Position numbers and translations under genes: made by a program. Positions 9,759 through 20,080 of a stretch of DNA of 64,000 nucleotides are shown here, one piece after another. The stretch spans positions 69,624 to 133,623 of the forward strand of contig JAOAKB010000001.1 of the NCBI GenBank assembly GCA_026413865.1, written 5' to 3'. Below the pieces are notes generated by a model, which worked only from the letters and a program-made list of their open reading frames with translations, was not told where the DNA came from and did no database searches. The stretch is from Nitrososphaeria archaeon. GTDB lineage: Archaea > Thermoproteota > Nitrososphaeria > JACIWG01. Numbering within the stretch: position 1 is the stretch's first letter; each line of letters starts with the position of its first letter.

Positions 9759-10471
9759 GGTAATATCGTTTGCTTATATTTTTCAATGTCATCGTATACA
9801 ATGTTTCCTACAACAATTGTTGCATACTTACCCATAATTTCAGCCTTCTCCCTGCTATCTATTCCACCACCATAAAATAGATGAGAGTTCACCATATTCT
9901 CTTTAACAGCCTTAACAACATTAGGATCCCCAAATCGTCCACTATATTCAATATAGACGATTGGAGCATGCATAATTCTATCAGCAAAAATAGCATGTGA
10001 TACTATCTGCTCTAAAGTTAGGTCAGTGATACTTTTTGTTAACTTTGCGACAGCACATTCTGGATTAAGAACAATATAAGCTTCTATAACAATCTTTTCC
10101 CAAGGAATGTTTTTAAAACCACCAAATACATTTTTCATACTATTAATCCAAGAAATATGTGCACCGCCAGACCACCACCTTTCTTGAGTATTCAAGATTA
10201 GTGGGACAAAAAAGTAATCGAATGAAAAGTCAACAGCCTCAGACTTTGATGGCTCAAGCAATATTGGAATATTTGCACCCCTAAGCATACTTTTGAGACG
10301 CTTAACCTTATCCAACGTTATACCTTGTGTCCCACCAACTAATATAGCATCAGTACCATTCTGGAGTACAGCCTTAATTATCTCCTCAGTATTATTTTTA
10401 TCTGGATCAAGTTTTGTCACATGCTTCCACTTTTTCCACGGACAATCAAGTGAGCGCATACCTTCACACAC
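9755..10471 (-). CDS. Geranylgeranylglyceryl phosphate synthase (GGGPS/PcrB family)
   Basis: WKHVTKLDPDK, DAILVGGTQGIT and FYGGGIDS motifs; ~240-aa TIM-barrel size. Confidence 0.8.
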   Translation of the reverse strand: MCEGMRSLDCPWKKWKHVTKLDPDKNNTEEIIKAVLQNGTDAILVGGTQGITLDKVKRLKSMLRGANIPILLEPSKSEAVDFSFDYFFVPLILNTQERWWSGGAHISWINSMKNVFGGFKNIPWEKIVIEAYIVLNPECAVAKLTKSITDLTLEQIVSHAIFADRIMHAPIVYIEYSGRFGDPNVVKAVKENMVNSHLFYGGGIDSREKAEIMGKYATIVVGNIVYDDIEKYKQTILP

Positions 10472-10553
10472 AAACCAAATATTTTTAAATAGTTAAACTT
10501 TTAAACTTATTTAACAATATAGACAAACAGTATTTTGGCTTACGGTCGTAATC

Positions 10554-11852
10554 ATGAAAAAAAATGATATCATATTACCAGACAGTGTTAGGAAAGAGTT
10601 AGAGGATACTGGAATATCTCTTAGAGGAAAGTTTTCATCAATCTGCATATACTGTAGAGGGGGAAGAAATTTATGTGGTAAAGCAGTATGTCCAATAACA
10701 TTAAAGGCTGTAGCACTTCTTAAAATTTCTAAACCCATAAAGGTACAGAATATTTATGGATCCTCTCCACCATCTGTCTTTGTTGGAAGATCCGGATACC
10801 CCAAAGTTTATGCAGGGCCAATGGTACCACCATTTTCAGGAGATACAGTCTTAATGGACCTACCTGAAGCGTGGATTGGGACACCATTAGAAAAAATTGT
10901 AGAATACAGGTATACACTTCTTAGAGGGAAAAGTCTAGTTTCTGTAGACGAGGCTTGGAAAGGAAGCCGTTTAATAGATGCATTACATGAACTTGCATTA
11001 AGTGAAAAGCCAGTTGATTCTGAAGTAGAGTTTGAGAAACCACCTTCAGGAAACATTTACTTGGACGACAACTCTCAACCCTTCGGACCAAGCGCGCCGA
11101 TGAAAAAGTTCAAAGTCTATAGTATCTCTTCGTCGAATAGGAAGATAGAAAAATACTATTATGATACTGACCTACTTTCATATAAGGCGGTCTGGGAACT
11201 ATATCATTCAGGTGTAGAAGTGAGTAGAATACAGAGAGCATTTAGTGTTGGCATGTTTGGTATAAAAAAGAATAGGAAATTAGTTCCAACAAGATGGAGT
11301 ATAACAGCAGTCGATAGCATAATTTCAGCACAATTAATAGAAAGAATTAAGTACTATAGTACTATAGACAAATATTTAGTTTACAACTATAATTACATGA
11401 GCAACATATTTGCAGCACTACTTTTTCCTCAAAAATGGAGCTTCGAATGGATGGAGGCTTGGTTTCCAGGCACATTTTGGAACCAGAACACCCTTCAAGT
11501 AGATGTTGGAGGAGACTTTGAAGGATACTATGGAAGAACAACTTACCCAAGCATTGGAGGATGCTATTTTGCTTCAAGACTAGCTACTGGAGAATTTTTG
11601 GATAAGATAAGAAGGCAAGCAAAAGCACTGGTTTTAAGAGAAATACATCCAGAATTTCCTCTACCATTAGGAGTATGGTTTGTTAGAGAATGTGTTAGAA
11701 GAATGTTTGCACAAAAACCTAAAGTTTTTGAAGACTTAAAAAGTGCACTGGAAGGACTTTCAAATACATTAACTGTTCCATTAAAAAAATGGATAGAGAA
11801 AAGCGAGATTTTAAGAGAAAGCCTTTTCCAGAGAAAGATAACCGAATATTAA
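10554..11852 (+). CDS. Archaeal Nre-family protein (DUF650/DUF651; putative DNA repair, PCNA-associated)
   Basis: N-terminal Cys cluster CIYCRGGRNLCGKAVCP, ~430 aa archaea-type architecture, and a PIP-like QRKITEY at the extreme C-terminus. The family assignment is from memory of the Nre description. Confidence 0.45.
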   Translation: MKKNDIILPDSVRKELEDTGISLRGKFSSICIYCRGGRNLCGKAVCPITLKAVALLKISKPIKVQNIYGSSPPSVFVGRSGYPKVYAGPMVPPFSGDTVLMDLPEAWIGTPLEKIVEYRYTLLRGKSLVSVDEAWKGSRLIDALHELALSEKPVDSEVEFEKPPSGNIYLDDNSQPFGPSAPMKKFKVYSISSSNRKIEKYYYDTDLLSYKAVWELYHSGVEVSRIQRAFSVGMFGIKKNRKLVPTRWSITAVDSIISAQLIERIKYYSTIDKYLVYNYNYMSNIFAALLFPQKWSFEWMEAWFPGTFWNQNTLQVDVGGDFEGYYGRTTYPSIGGCYFASRLATGEFLDKIRRQAKALVLREIHPEFPLPLGVWFVRECVRRMFAQKPKVFEDLKSALEGLSNTLTVPLKKWIEKSEILRESLFQRKITEY

Positions 11853-11853
11853 C

Positions 11854-12756
11854 CTAATCTTCCCTAAAAATAAGCTCCTTTCCATCACATAAGCTGATTT
11901 TAAGCTTACCAAGGTTCACTAGACAGTTTATAAAAGACCTCAAAGTTGAACAAACAAGATAATATTCTATCAGATTATTAACTTTTATAGAAAGACTTTT
12001 CAAAACATTATAAAAGACTTCTGAGATAGTTAACCCTTCACAATATTTTAGAACATAATCAAATATATCATTTACTACTTTAATATTAAATTCTAGAAGA
12101 TTTGAAATTCCATTTTTATTGAAAGCGCCTGCATGATAGAGAACAAAATGATTAGTATCAAAACGCTTAATCTTTTCAATAGAAGATAAAGCATCTATTG
12201 GATTATTAAGAAAGGGAACACCATACTTTTCAACCGTCTCTTTAGAGAATAGGGCGTCTCCTAAAAAGAATACATCATCAACAAGAATACCGTAATGGTT
12301 TATACTATGTCCAGGAAGAGGAACAGGAAAAGCACCAAAATCTTGAAGCAATTGAACACCATTTTCTAAAATCACATCAACTTTACATGATTCTCCTAAA
12401 ATAAGCTTGTTTAATAAAAAATTTGGTGGAACAGCAGCCTGCGAAAACGAGGTGGCTTCTATAATCGGATTTTCGATAAAACAGGCTTCAATATTTGGTG
12501 AAATTGTGATAGCACAAGTTCTCCTTTTAATAAATGACGCGCCACCATAATGGTCTGCATGAGCATGCGTTAAGAAAATTATCTTAACCCTACATCCAAC
12601 ATTTTCAACTTCGTGGACAATCTTTCTACCAACATTCTCGTCTATTCCAGAATCTATTAAAAGCATTTCATCACCACTTATCTTGAAGCCAACCTTTGTC
12701 CTAAAATCAAAGAAGCCAACATTATCATTAATGTACCTTATTAATGACATGAGCAC
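11854..12756 (-). CDS. MBL-fold metallo-hydrolase
   Basis: LTHAHADHYGG (the HxHxDH motif) plus downstream His/Asp ligands (PGHSINH). Confidence 0.8.
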   Translation of the reverse strand: MLMSLIRYINDNVGFFDFRTKVGFKISGDEMLLIDSGIDENVGRKIVHEVENVGCRVKIIFLTHAHADHYGGASFIKRRTCAITISPNIEACFIENPIIEATSFSQAAVPPNFLLNKLILGESCKVDVILENGVQLLQDFGAFPVPLPGHSINHYGILVDDVFFLGDALFSKETVEKYGVPFLNNPIDALSSIEKIKRFDTNHFVLYHAGAFNKNGISNLLEFNIKVVNDIFDYVLKYCEGLTISEVFYNVLKSLSIKVNNLIEYYLVCSTLRSFINCLVNLGKLKISLCDGKELIFRED

Positions 12757-12878
12757 AAGTATAAGAGTAGCCTACATATTAAGAGTGTGTAAACAGAAAA
12801 TTAGTAGACAGATAAAATCAATGTAAATTTGTTTAAAAAAGAAAAATTTTAAATTTATGCAAAAAAAATTTACTTACA

Positions 12879-13676
12879 TTGGGTCCAAACTATAGTAGAA
12901 TAAGATGTAAAAGTGCAGTCTCCAAAAGCAATCTTCCAGGACTAGACTATACTATAAACCCATACATAGGATGTGAACATGGATGCATATACTGTTATGT
13001 TCCAGATATTATAAGAAGGAAAGAGTTCTTAGACAGTTGGGGAGAACTAGTTTATGCAAAAGAAAATTTTGTTGAAGTTCTTTCAAAGGAAGTTGGATAC
13101 ATAAAACCTGGAGTTGTAGGATATAGTACTGTAACAGACCCATATCAACCTTACGAGAAGAAAATGTGTTTTGCTAGAAAAATTATTGAAACATTACTGC
13201 AACACAATTTTAGGATTTCTTTTCAGACAAAATCATCACTAATACTCAGGGATGTGGACATAATAGAAGGTGATAAGGTAGAAGTCGGATTCACTATAAC
13301 ATCCTTAGATAGAGAGTTTGCTAGAAAGTTTGAACCAAATTCATCATCTCCAGAAGAAAGAGTACAAGCTCTAGAAACCTTTTCTGAAAAAGGAGTGAAA
13401 ACATGGATATTTTATGGACCAATAATATTTGGATTTAACGACGATGATGAAACTATTAAAAATATAATGTCTTTAGCTAAAAGGACAAGAAGTTATTTAA
13501 TTTATGATAAATTGAGACTTAAACCTATTCTTTCTAAAAGGATGATGAAACATTTGGGAGAAGAATTTGAAAAAATTAGAGGACATATAATAGAAAACGA
13601 TTTTAGGAAAGTATATTATAAGGTTATTAAATTGAGTAGAGAATATAATGTTAAAGTTGAAGCCGCCTTTACGTGA
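12879..13676 (+). CDS. Radical SAM protein (SplB/Rv2578c-like family)
   Basis: CEHGCIYCY (CxxxCxxC) near the N-terminus; ~265 aa; TTG start. Confidence 0.65.
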   Translation: MGPNYSRIRCKSAVSKSNLPGLDYTINPYIGCEHGCIYCYVPDIIRRKEFLDSWGELVYAKENFVEVLSKEVGYIKPGVVGYSTVTDPYQPYEKKMCFARKIIETLLQHNFRISFQTKSSLILRDVDIIEGDKVEVGFTITSLDREFARKFEPNSSSPEERVQALETFSEKGVKTWIFYGPIIFGFNDDDETIKNIMSLAKRTRSYLIYDKLRLKPILSKRMMKHLGEEFEKIRGHIIENDFRKVYYKVIKLSREYNVKVEAAFT

Positions 13677-14173
13677 GAGTGTCCAATTTGGATAGAAAAA
13701 GTGAAAGATACAAGGTGGTCGTGATAAACCCTTTAGTACTGGCACTATTACCACAACTTCTAGTACACTATATTGATAAAAGAAATCTAGCATTCTCTTT
13801 AACAAGAGACAATGTGATGGGATTATTTGGAATTCTTTTTATCGGACTATGGCTACTTTTAGGCACTTTGTTCCTAAAATATTTGTGGATATTTGCTTAC
13901 ATAATCTTTTATATTTACATAGGATCATTTGGTACACTAATATTGCTTAACACATATGTTATAGGCATTGTTTTTATAAGAAGAAAATGCTACAATTGCA
14001 AATTTAAGAAACTGATAATAGATCATGAAAGAGTGCATTTGGAAGCAAATTTTTCAGAAAAGGAGGTATGGAATAAGTTAAAAAATGTTTATACGGCACA
14101 ACAGTTCGGAGTCTACGACAATGGTACAATATGCGACCATTGTCCAATTCCAGCACATTTAATAGAAGAATAG
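13673..14173 (+). CDS. Hypothetical membrane protein with a C-terminal Cys-rich tail
   Basis: Hydrophobic helices (GLFGILFIGLWLLLGTLFL; IFAYIIFYIYIGSFGTLILL) followed by CYNC...CDHCP. The start is uncertain. Confidence 0.45.
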   Translation: MRVSNLDRKSERYKVVVINPLVLALLPQLLVHYIDKRNLAFSLTRDNVMGLFGILFIGLWLLLGTLFLKYLWIFAYIIFYIYIGSFGTLILLNTYVIGIVFIRRKCYNCKFKKLIIDHERVHLEANFSEKEVWNKLKNVYTAQQFGVYDNGTICDHCPIPAHLIEE

Positions 14174-14180
14174 CGGTGAT

Positions 14181-15986
14181 TTGAAAATGGTTCATAGAAT
14201 AGCAGTAATAGATAAGGAATTATGTAATCCTAAAAAATGTCCTTTCATTTGCGTAAATGTGTGCCCAATAAATAGGATGCGTAAAGAGACAGTTAAAAAG
14301 GGTGAGGACGGTTTTCCCGTTATCAGTGAAATATTGTGTACAGGATGCGGCATATGTGTTAAAAGGTGCCCCTTTCAAGCAATATCTATAGTAAATTTGG
14401 CTGAAGAGTTGTCAGAGGAAAAGATTCACCAGTATGGACCAAACAGTTATCGTCTCTATCGTTTACCAGCGCCTAGAGAAAAAACGGTTATAGGCTTATT
14501 AGGAAGAAATGGAGTAGGCAAATCAACTGTCATAAACATATTATCTGGTTTACTTAAACCAAATTTGGGGAAAACACCAGAACCTTCATGGGATGAAGTA
14601 ATAGAATATTTTAAGGGAACAGCGTTAAAGGAACATTTTGAAAAGATTGTGGCAAATGAACTTAGAGTAAGTGTTAAACCTCAGGCAGTATACAATCTAT
14701 TGAATGTTTGGTCAGGTGATGGACTAACACTTTTACATATGATGGACCAACGTAAGATAATGAGAGAATTAGTTTCAAAACTTAATTTGGAGAACGCGAT
14801 AAATAAACCTGTATCACAATTAAGTGGAGGAGAACTTCAAAGGCTAGCTATAGCTGTTGCAGCTGCAAAAGATGCGGACATATACTTTTTTGATGAACCA
14901 TCATCATATAATGATGTTTACCAAAGGCTTGCGGTTGCTGAAGTCATAATGGATGTTGCAAGGACTGGAAAATGCGTTTTCGTTGTAGAACATGACTTAA
15001 CAATTCTAGACTATCTATGTGACCAAGTTCACATACTATATGGGGAACCTGGAGTATATGGTATAGTATCAGGCGTCATGTCCACAAGAGCTGGAATAAA
15101 CGCTTTTTTAGACGGATATCTTCCAGAAGAAAATGTTAGATTCAGAGAACGAAAGATAAACTTTGATGTGTATGCACCAAAACAGGAAAGTATAGAGAGT
15201 AAAACTTTACTTGAATACAGTGAGCTAGAAAAAAATTATGGGAGTTTTAGATTAACTGTCTCTAGAGGAAAACTAAGGCTAGGTGAGGTTGTTGGCGTTG
15301 TTGGAGCAAATGCTTTAGGAAAAACTACATTCATAAAAATGTTAGCCGGAGTAGAAAAACCTGATAATGGGACAATCTCTTTATCCTCAAAAATTTCATA
15401 CAAGCCTCAATATATATCCCCTCCAAAAGGATTCCAGTACGTTAAGGAACTTTTGGACCGCATATGTGGAAGTGACATAACATCAGTTCCAGAATTTAAT
15501 GAGATAATAGTACCATTGCATGTAGACAAGCTTTTTGAGAAAGAAATTTCAAAATTGAGTGGAGGAGAACTCCAGAAAGTGGCTGTAGTCGCAGCACTCT
15601 TACATGATGCAGACATTTATGCTTTAGATGAACCATCAGCATTTATTGATGCAGAAGACAGAGTTGAACTTGCAAAAATTATACAAAGATATATTCACTT
15701 AAAAAATAAGACAGCTATAGTAGTGGACCATGATGTTCAATTGATAGACATAATATCTGACCGAATGATAATATTTAGGGGAAAACCATCCATTTTAGGC
15801 TATGCAGAAAGTCCATCAAACAAGGAGGATGGAATGAACAATTTCCTCAAGGACTTAAAGATAACTTACAGGAGGGACATTTCAACAGGTAGGCCGAGAA
15901 TAAATAAGCCTGGTAGTAAATTAGATAGGCAACAGAAGGAAGAGGGAAGGTACTATTATCTTACAAGATTGGAGGAGAAAGAATAA
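14181..15986 (+). CDS. abce1: ABCE1 / RNase L inhibitor, ribosome recycling ATPase
   Basis: N-terminal double 4Fe-4S domain (CNPKKCPFICVNVCP; CTGCGICVKRCP). Two ABC cassettes (GRNGVGKST, GANALGKTT) with two LSGGELQ signatures. The probable true start is ATG 14187. Confidence 0.95.
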   Translation: MKMVHRIAVIDKELCNPKKCPFICVNVCPINRMRKETVKKGEDGFPVISEILCTGCGICVKRCPFQAISIVNLAEELSEEKIHQYGPNSYRLYRLPAPREKTVIGLLGRNGVGKSTVINILSGLLKPNLGKTPEPSWDEVIEYFKGTALKEHFEKIVANELRVSVKPQAVYNLLNVWSGDGLTLLHMMDQRKIMRELVSKLNLENAINKPVSQLSGGELQRLAIAVAAAKDADIYFFDEPSSYNDVYQRLAVAEVIMDVARTGKCVFVVEHDLTILDYLCDQVHILYGEPGVYGIVSGVMSTRAGINAFLDGYLPEENVRFRERKINFDVYAPKQESIESKTLLEYSELEKNYGSFRLTVSRGKLRLGEVVGVVGANALGKTTFIKMLAGVEKPDNGTISLSSKISYKPQYISPPKGFQYVKELLDRICGSDITSVPEFNEIIVPLHVDKLFEKEISKLSGGELQKVAVVAALLHDADIYALDEPSAFIDAEDRVELAKIIQRYIHLKNKTAIVVDHDVQLIDIISDRMIIFRGKPSILGYAESPSNKEDGMNNFLKDLKITYRRDISTGRPRINKPGSKLDRQQKEEGRYYYLTRLEEKE

Positions 15987-16044
15987 GTTTGCACAAAACT
16001 TTATAAATATAAAATTTGCTCGAAAGGCTAAAGTGCAAAATTAG

Positions 16045-16896
16045 TTGAGTCGCCTGATTAAAAAAATTTTGGCAGATAAACTTTCCCCAGAAGAATTGAA
16101 CGAAGTTATTTCAGGTTTTGATGTTATAGGGGATATAGCAATTTTAAAAATTCCAGACAAGCTTTTGCCAAAAAAATATTTGATAGCCAAAACATTATTG
16201 GAGAATGTAAAGAGTATAAGATGCGTGTTTAGACAGGTTTCCCCAATTTCTGGAGAATATAGACTTATGGAGCTTGAGCATTTAGCAGGAGAGGATAGAA
16301 CCTACACAGAATATAGGGAAAGTGGATGCAGATTTTATGTGGACATTGCAAAAGTCTACTTTTCTCCAAGATTGTCTGGGGAAAGATTGCGTATAACAAA
16401 TCTCGTCAAAAACAATGAGGTTATTGTTAACATGTTTGCTGGAGTTGGAACATTTTCTATAATAATTGCCAAAAAATGTAAGACGACAAAACATCATGCA
16501 ATAGACATAAATCCAGACGCATATCAGTTTATTTTAAAAAATGCGTTCTTGAATAAAGTTGAGGATAGGATAACAGCATATTTGGGAGATGCTGGAAGAA
16601 TAATAGAATACCAGCTATCAGGATGTGCTGATAGAGTATTAATGCCATACCCTGAGATTGCAATAGAATATTTTCCTTTTGCAATAAAGGCGCTAAAAGA
16701 TCAAGGTGGAACAATACACATGTATCTTCACGTAAAAAGCAAGCCTATAAAGGATATAATTAATGAAACTTTACCTAAACTTGACTTTGGAGAAAAATTT
16801 ATTTTAGAAAATATAAGCGGAAGGATTGTAAGAGAGGTTGGCCCAAAACTAGATCAAATCGTATTAGATATTAAGCTGAAAGCTTCAAAAAAATAA
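16045..16896 (+). CDS. trm5: tRNA (guanine37-N1)-methyltransferase Trm5/Taw22 family (Met-10+ like)
   Basis: [22 protein letters not shown] and SAM-binding [12 protein letters not shown] motifs. Confidence 0.8.
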   Translation: MSRLIKKILADKLSPEELNEVISGFDVIGDIAILKIPDKLLPKKYLIAKTLLENVKSIRCVFRQVSPISGEYRLMELEHLAGEDRTYTEYRESGCRFYVDIAKVYFSPRLSGERLRITNLVKNNEVIVNMFAGVGTFSIIIAKKCKTTKHHAIDINPDAYQFILKNAFLNKVEDRITAYLGDAGRIIEYQLSGCADRVLMPYPEIAIEYFPFAIKALKDQGGTIHMYLHVKSKPIKDIINETLPKLDFGEKFILENISGRIVREVGPKLDQIVLDIKLKASKK

Positions 16897-16900
16897 GTTT

Positions 16901-16949
16901 AAAGAAAATTTATAAACATGAGTTTTATAGGGTTTCTGGATTTTAGGTG
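16901..16949 (+). promoter_or_regulatory. Candidate thermosome promoter (purine-rich BRE + TATA) and Shine-Dalgarno-like element
   Basis: aaagaaaa followed by tttataaa (16909-16916), about 46 nt upstream of the ATG. aggtga (16944-16949) lies 9 nt upstream of the ATG. Confidence 0.45.
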
Positions 16950-16957
16950 AAAAAATT

Positions 16958-18616
16958 ATGTCTGCAACAGCAATACCAGCAGTAACCTCGTCTGGCCAAC
17001 CTGTACTCATACTTAAGGAGGGTACAGCCCAGACTAGAGGAAGAGAAGCACAAAGGAATAATATTCTTGCAGCAAAACTCGTCGGAGAAATTGTTAGGAC
17101 ATCATTAGGACCCCGTGGAATGGACAAGATGCTTGTCGATAGCTTAGGTGATGTAACAGTAACAAATGATGGTGCGACAATATTGAAGGAAATTGATGTA
17201 CAGCATCCGGCTGCAAAGGCGATGGTCGAAATCTCAAAGGCAACAGACAATGAAGTTGGAGACGGAACAACCTCCGCAGTAGTACTAGCATCCTCACTTT
17301 TAGAAAAGGCTGAGGAATTACTAGATAAGGATGTACATCCAACAGTCATCGTAGACGGCTACAAGAAGGCAGCTGAAAAGGCAAGAGAGGTCCTTTCATC
17401 AATAGCTATAAAAGTTGATCCAAAGGATAAGGAATGGTTAAATAAAATCGCAAGAACAAGCATGGCTACAAAACTTGTTGCATCAGAAGGAAAATATTTA
17501 GCAACACTCGTAGTTGACGCACTACTTTTAGTAGCAGAAGAACAAAATGGAAAGTTTAAAGTTGACATCGATGACGTTAAAGTTGAGAAGAAGCCAGGAG
17601 GAAGCATAACGGATAGCAAACTAATACAGGGAATAGTTCTTGATAAGGAAGTTGTTCACAGTGGTATGCCTAAGAGAGTTTCAAATGCTAAGATTGCCTT
17701 ACTCAATTGTCCTCTCGAGATTGAGAAGACAGAGTTCGATGCAAAGATAAACATCAACAACCCAGAACAGATCAAAATGTTCCTAGAAGAAGAAAACAGA
17801 ATGCTTAAGGAGATGGTTGAAAAGATTGTTTCAGCCGGAGCTAATGTTGTAATATGCCAGAAGGGTATAGACGATATAGCACAACACTATCTAGCAAAAG
17901 CAGGAATACTAGCAGTAAGAAGGGCAAAAGAAAGTGACATGACAAAACTTGCAAAGGCGACTGGAGGAAGAGTTGTAACAAGCCTAGAGGAACTTGGTCC
18001 AAGCGACCTAGGCTATGCTGAACTTGTTGAAGAAAGGAGAATAGAGGAGGACAAGTGGGTCTTTGTGGAAGGATGCAAGAACCCCAAAGCAGTAACAATA
18101 TTTCTAAGAGGAGGAACACAAAGGGTAGTGGATGAATGTGAAAGGTCAGTACATGATGCACTCTGTGTTGTAAGAGATGTAATGCACAAACCATTTATTG
18201 TAGTTGGAGCAGGTGCACCAGAAGCTGAGGTGGCTGCAAAACTATTTGATTGGGCACAAACATTGTCTGGAAGAGAACAGTTGGCAGTACAAAAGTTTGC
18301 TGAGGCAGTAGAATCAATACCATTGGCCTTAGCAGAAAATGCGGGCATGGACCCAATAGACACCCTAGTAGAGTTGAGAGCAAGACATAGTAAGGGAGAG
18401 AAAACAGTTGGAGTAAATGCACTCGAAGGAAAAATAGATGATGCAACAAAGTTTGAAGTATATGAACCCTTAATTGTCAAAGAACAAGTGCTTTCAGCTG
18501 CAACAGAAGCTGCAACAATGATATTAAGAATAGACGATATTATAGCTGCAAGCAGAATGAAGGAACCGCCTAAAGGAAGAGGCGGAGAAGGCGGAGAAAT
18601 GCCGCCAATGGAATAG
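16958..18616 (+). CDS. ths: Thermosome subunit (group II chaperonin)
   Basis: [32 protein letters not shown] and VVGAGAPE motifs, with a C-terminal Gly/Met-rich tail ([11 protein letters not shown]). Confidence 0.95.
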   Translation: MSATAIPAVTSSGQPVLILKEGTAQTRGREAQRNNILAAKLVGEIVRTSLGPRGMDKMLVDSLGDVTVTNDGATILKEIDVQHPAAKAMVEISKATDNEVGDGTTSAVVLASSLLEKAEELLDKDVHPTVIVDGYKKAAEKAREVLSSIAIKVDPKDKEWLNKIARTSMATKLVASEGKYLATLVVDALLLVAEEQNGKFKVDIDDVKVEKKPGGSITDSKLIQGIVLDKEVVHSGMPKRVSNAKIALLNCPLEIEKTEFDAKININNPEQIKMFLEEENRMLKEMVEKIVSAGANVVICQKGIDDIAQHYLAKAGILAVRRAKESDMTKLAKATGGRVVTSLEELGPSDLGYAELVEERRIEEDKWVFVEGCKNPKAVTIFLRGGTQRVVDECERSVHDALCVVRDVMHKPFIVVGAGAPEAEVAAKLFDWAQTLSGREQLAVQKFAEAVESIPLALAENAGMDPIDTLVELRARHSKGEKTVGVNALEGKIDDATKFEVYEPLIVKEQVLSAATEAATMILRIDDIIAASRMKEPPKGRGGEGGEMPPME

Positions 18617-18623
18617 GCCCCTC

Positions 18624-18639
18624 TTTTTCCCCTTTTTTT
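18624..18639 (+). terminator. Oligo-T termination signal after the thermosome gene
   Basis: T5 (18624-18628) and T7 (18633-18639) lie directly after the stop codon. Archaeal RNAP terminates on oligo-T tracts. Confidence 0.5.
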
Positions 18640-18704
18640 AAAAGAATAGGATTTTGTTTAAAAATTAGAAAATTTTTTAAGAATAGGTTTATACTCACAT
18701 AAGC

Positions 18705-20057
18705 ATGGATTCGGAAAAGTATGAGGCAATAGTTGTTGGCGCAGGTACAGCTGGAACATTAGCCTCATTGGCTTTAGCTGAAAGGGGAGTTAAAGTACTT
18801 TTAATTGATTCCAAAACTAAAGACATAATTGGGAAAAAAGTTTGTGGGGACGCCTTAGGCACGCATCATATAAGTAATGTTGGTATACCATTCCCGCCAA
18901 AGGAGACATATAAAGGTAAATTTGATTCAGTCCGAGTATATTCTCCTTCAAAAAAGTATTCAGTAAAGGTTGAGGGTGAAGGTCTGGCATTAAACAGACA
19001 TGCATTTGGGCAGTGGCTCCTAAAGTTAGCACTAGATAAAGGTGTAGAATTGCTTGACAACACTAGAGCGGAAATCCTAAAGTTTGAGAACAGTAGAGCA
19101 AAAGAGTTAAAGGTAGTTGAGCAAAAGAATGGAAGCACATATTATGTTAGTGGAAGATACTTTATCGACGCCTCAGGATTTTACGGCATTTTAAGAAGAC
19201 AGGTTCCAGAAACGTTAGGTTTAGAAAAAGAAATAGCATTAGAAGATTTAAGCATAACATACAGGGAGATTAGAAGAGTTAAGAAAAGTGAAGATTTGGG
19301 TGTGGCAAAAATATTTTTAGATGAAGAGATTGCACCAGGAGGTTATTGGTGGTATTTTCCACAAGATGATACAACCGTTAACGTAGGTGTTGGAGTTCAA
19401 GGTGGAAAAAATGTGAACCCAAAAAAGAACTTCTACAAGATAATAGAGGAAAATGAAGAATTAAAAAGTTCTGAGATTCTAGAACAAGGTGGAGGGATAG
19501 TTCCAACAAGAAGAAGCATATACACGTTTGTTTCAGGCAACGTGCTTTTTGCTGGAGACGCAGCATGTACAGCAAATCCAATACATGGAGGAGGAATAGG
19601 GCCGTCTATGCTTTCTGGAAAATTGTGTGGTGAGGCAGTAGCAGATGCATTAGAAGATCAAGAGAGAGAGGAAGAGAAACTTTGGCAGGTGAATAAAAGG
19701 TATGTGAACGCTTATGGTGCAAAGGCCGCTGGACTAGACATCTTCAGAATATTCTTACAAAGTTTAACAAATGATGAGATAGAGTTTGGTATGAGTAAAG
19801 GGCTTGTTACGGATGAGGATATAACAGATATAGGTTATGGTAAAGCAGATTTTACGGTAAGAGAGAAGGCATTAATAATAATTAGAGGAATAACGAGACC
19901 AACAATGTTAAAGCATTTGGCTGAAACAGCAAAGTACATGAAGATTGTTAAGCAAGAATATCTAAAATATCCAGACTATGACAAGTTCACATCTTGGGTT
20001 GAAAAAATAGAGAACATATTCCAAGAATATAAGCAAAAGTTTATTGAAAAAAGTTGA
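18705..20057 (+). CDS. Geranylgeranyl reductase family flavoprotein (digeranylgeranylglycerophospholipid reductase-like)
   Basis: FAD-binding YEAIVVGAGTAGTLASLALAERG, KVCGDAL and FAGDAACTANPIHGGGIG motifs. Confidence 0.8.
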   Translation: MDSEKYEAIVVGAGTAGTLASLALAERGVKVLLIDSKTKDIIGKKVCGDALGTHHISNVGIPFPPKETYKGKFDSVRVYSPSKKYSVKVEGEGLALNRHAFGQWLLKLALDKGVELLDNTRAEILKFENSRAKELKVVEQKNGSTYYVSGRYFIDASGFYGILRRQVPETLGLEKEIALEDLSITYREIRRVKKSEDLGVAKIFLDEEIAPGGYWWYFPQDDTTVNVGVGVQGGKNVNPKKNFYKIIEENEELKSSEILEQGGGIVPTRRSIYTFVSGNVLFAGDAACTANPIHGGGIGPSMLSGKLCGEAVADALEDQEREEEKLWQVNKRYVNAYGAKAAGLDIFRIFLQSLTNDEIEFGMSKGLVTDEDITDIGYGKADFTVREKALIIIRGITRPTMLKHLAETAKYMKIVKQEYLKYPDYDKFTSWVEKIENIFQEYKQKFIEKS

Positions 20058-20080
20058 GAGTGGGGAAAAGGCACATAAAC

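Noticed and set aside
16885-18480. Several 80-155-aa antisense ORFs inside the thermosome gene (16885-17349, 17094-17342, 17359-17619, 17841-18194, 18013-18480, 18195-18449).
   Set aside because: They lie fully within a strongly supported, highly conserved CDS on the other strand. Their translations are low-complexity (S/L/P/H-rich) and typical of shadow frames.
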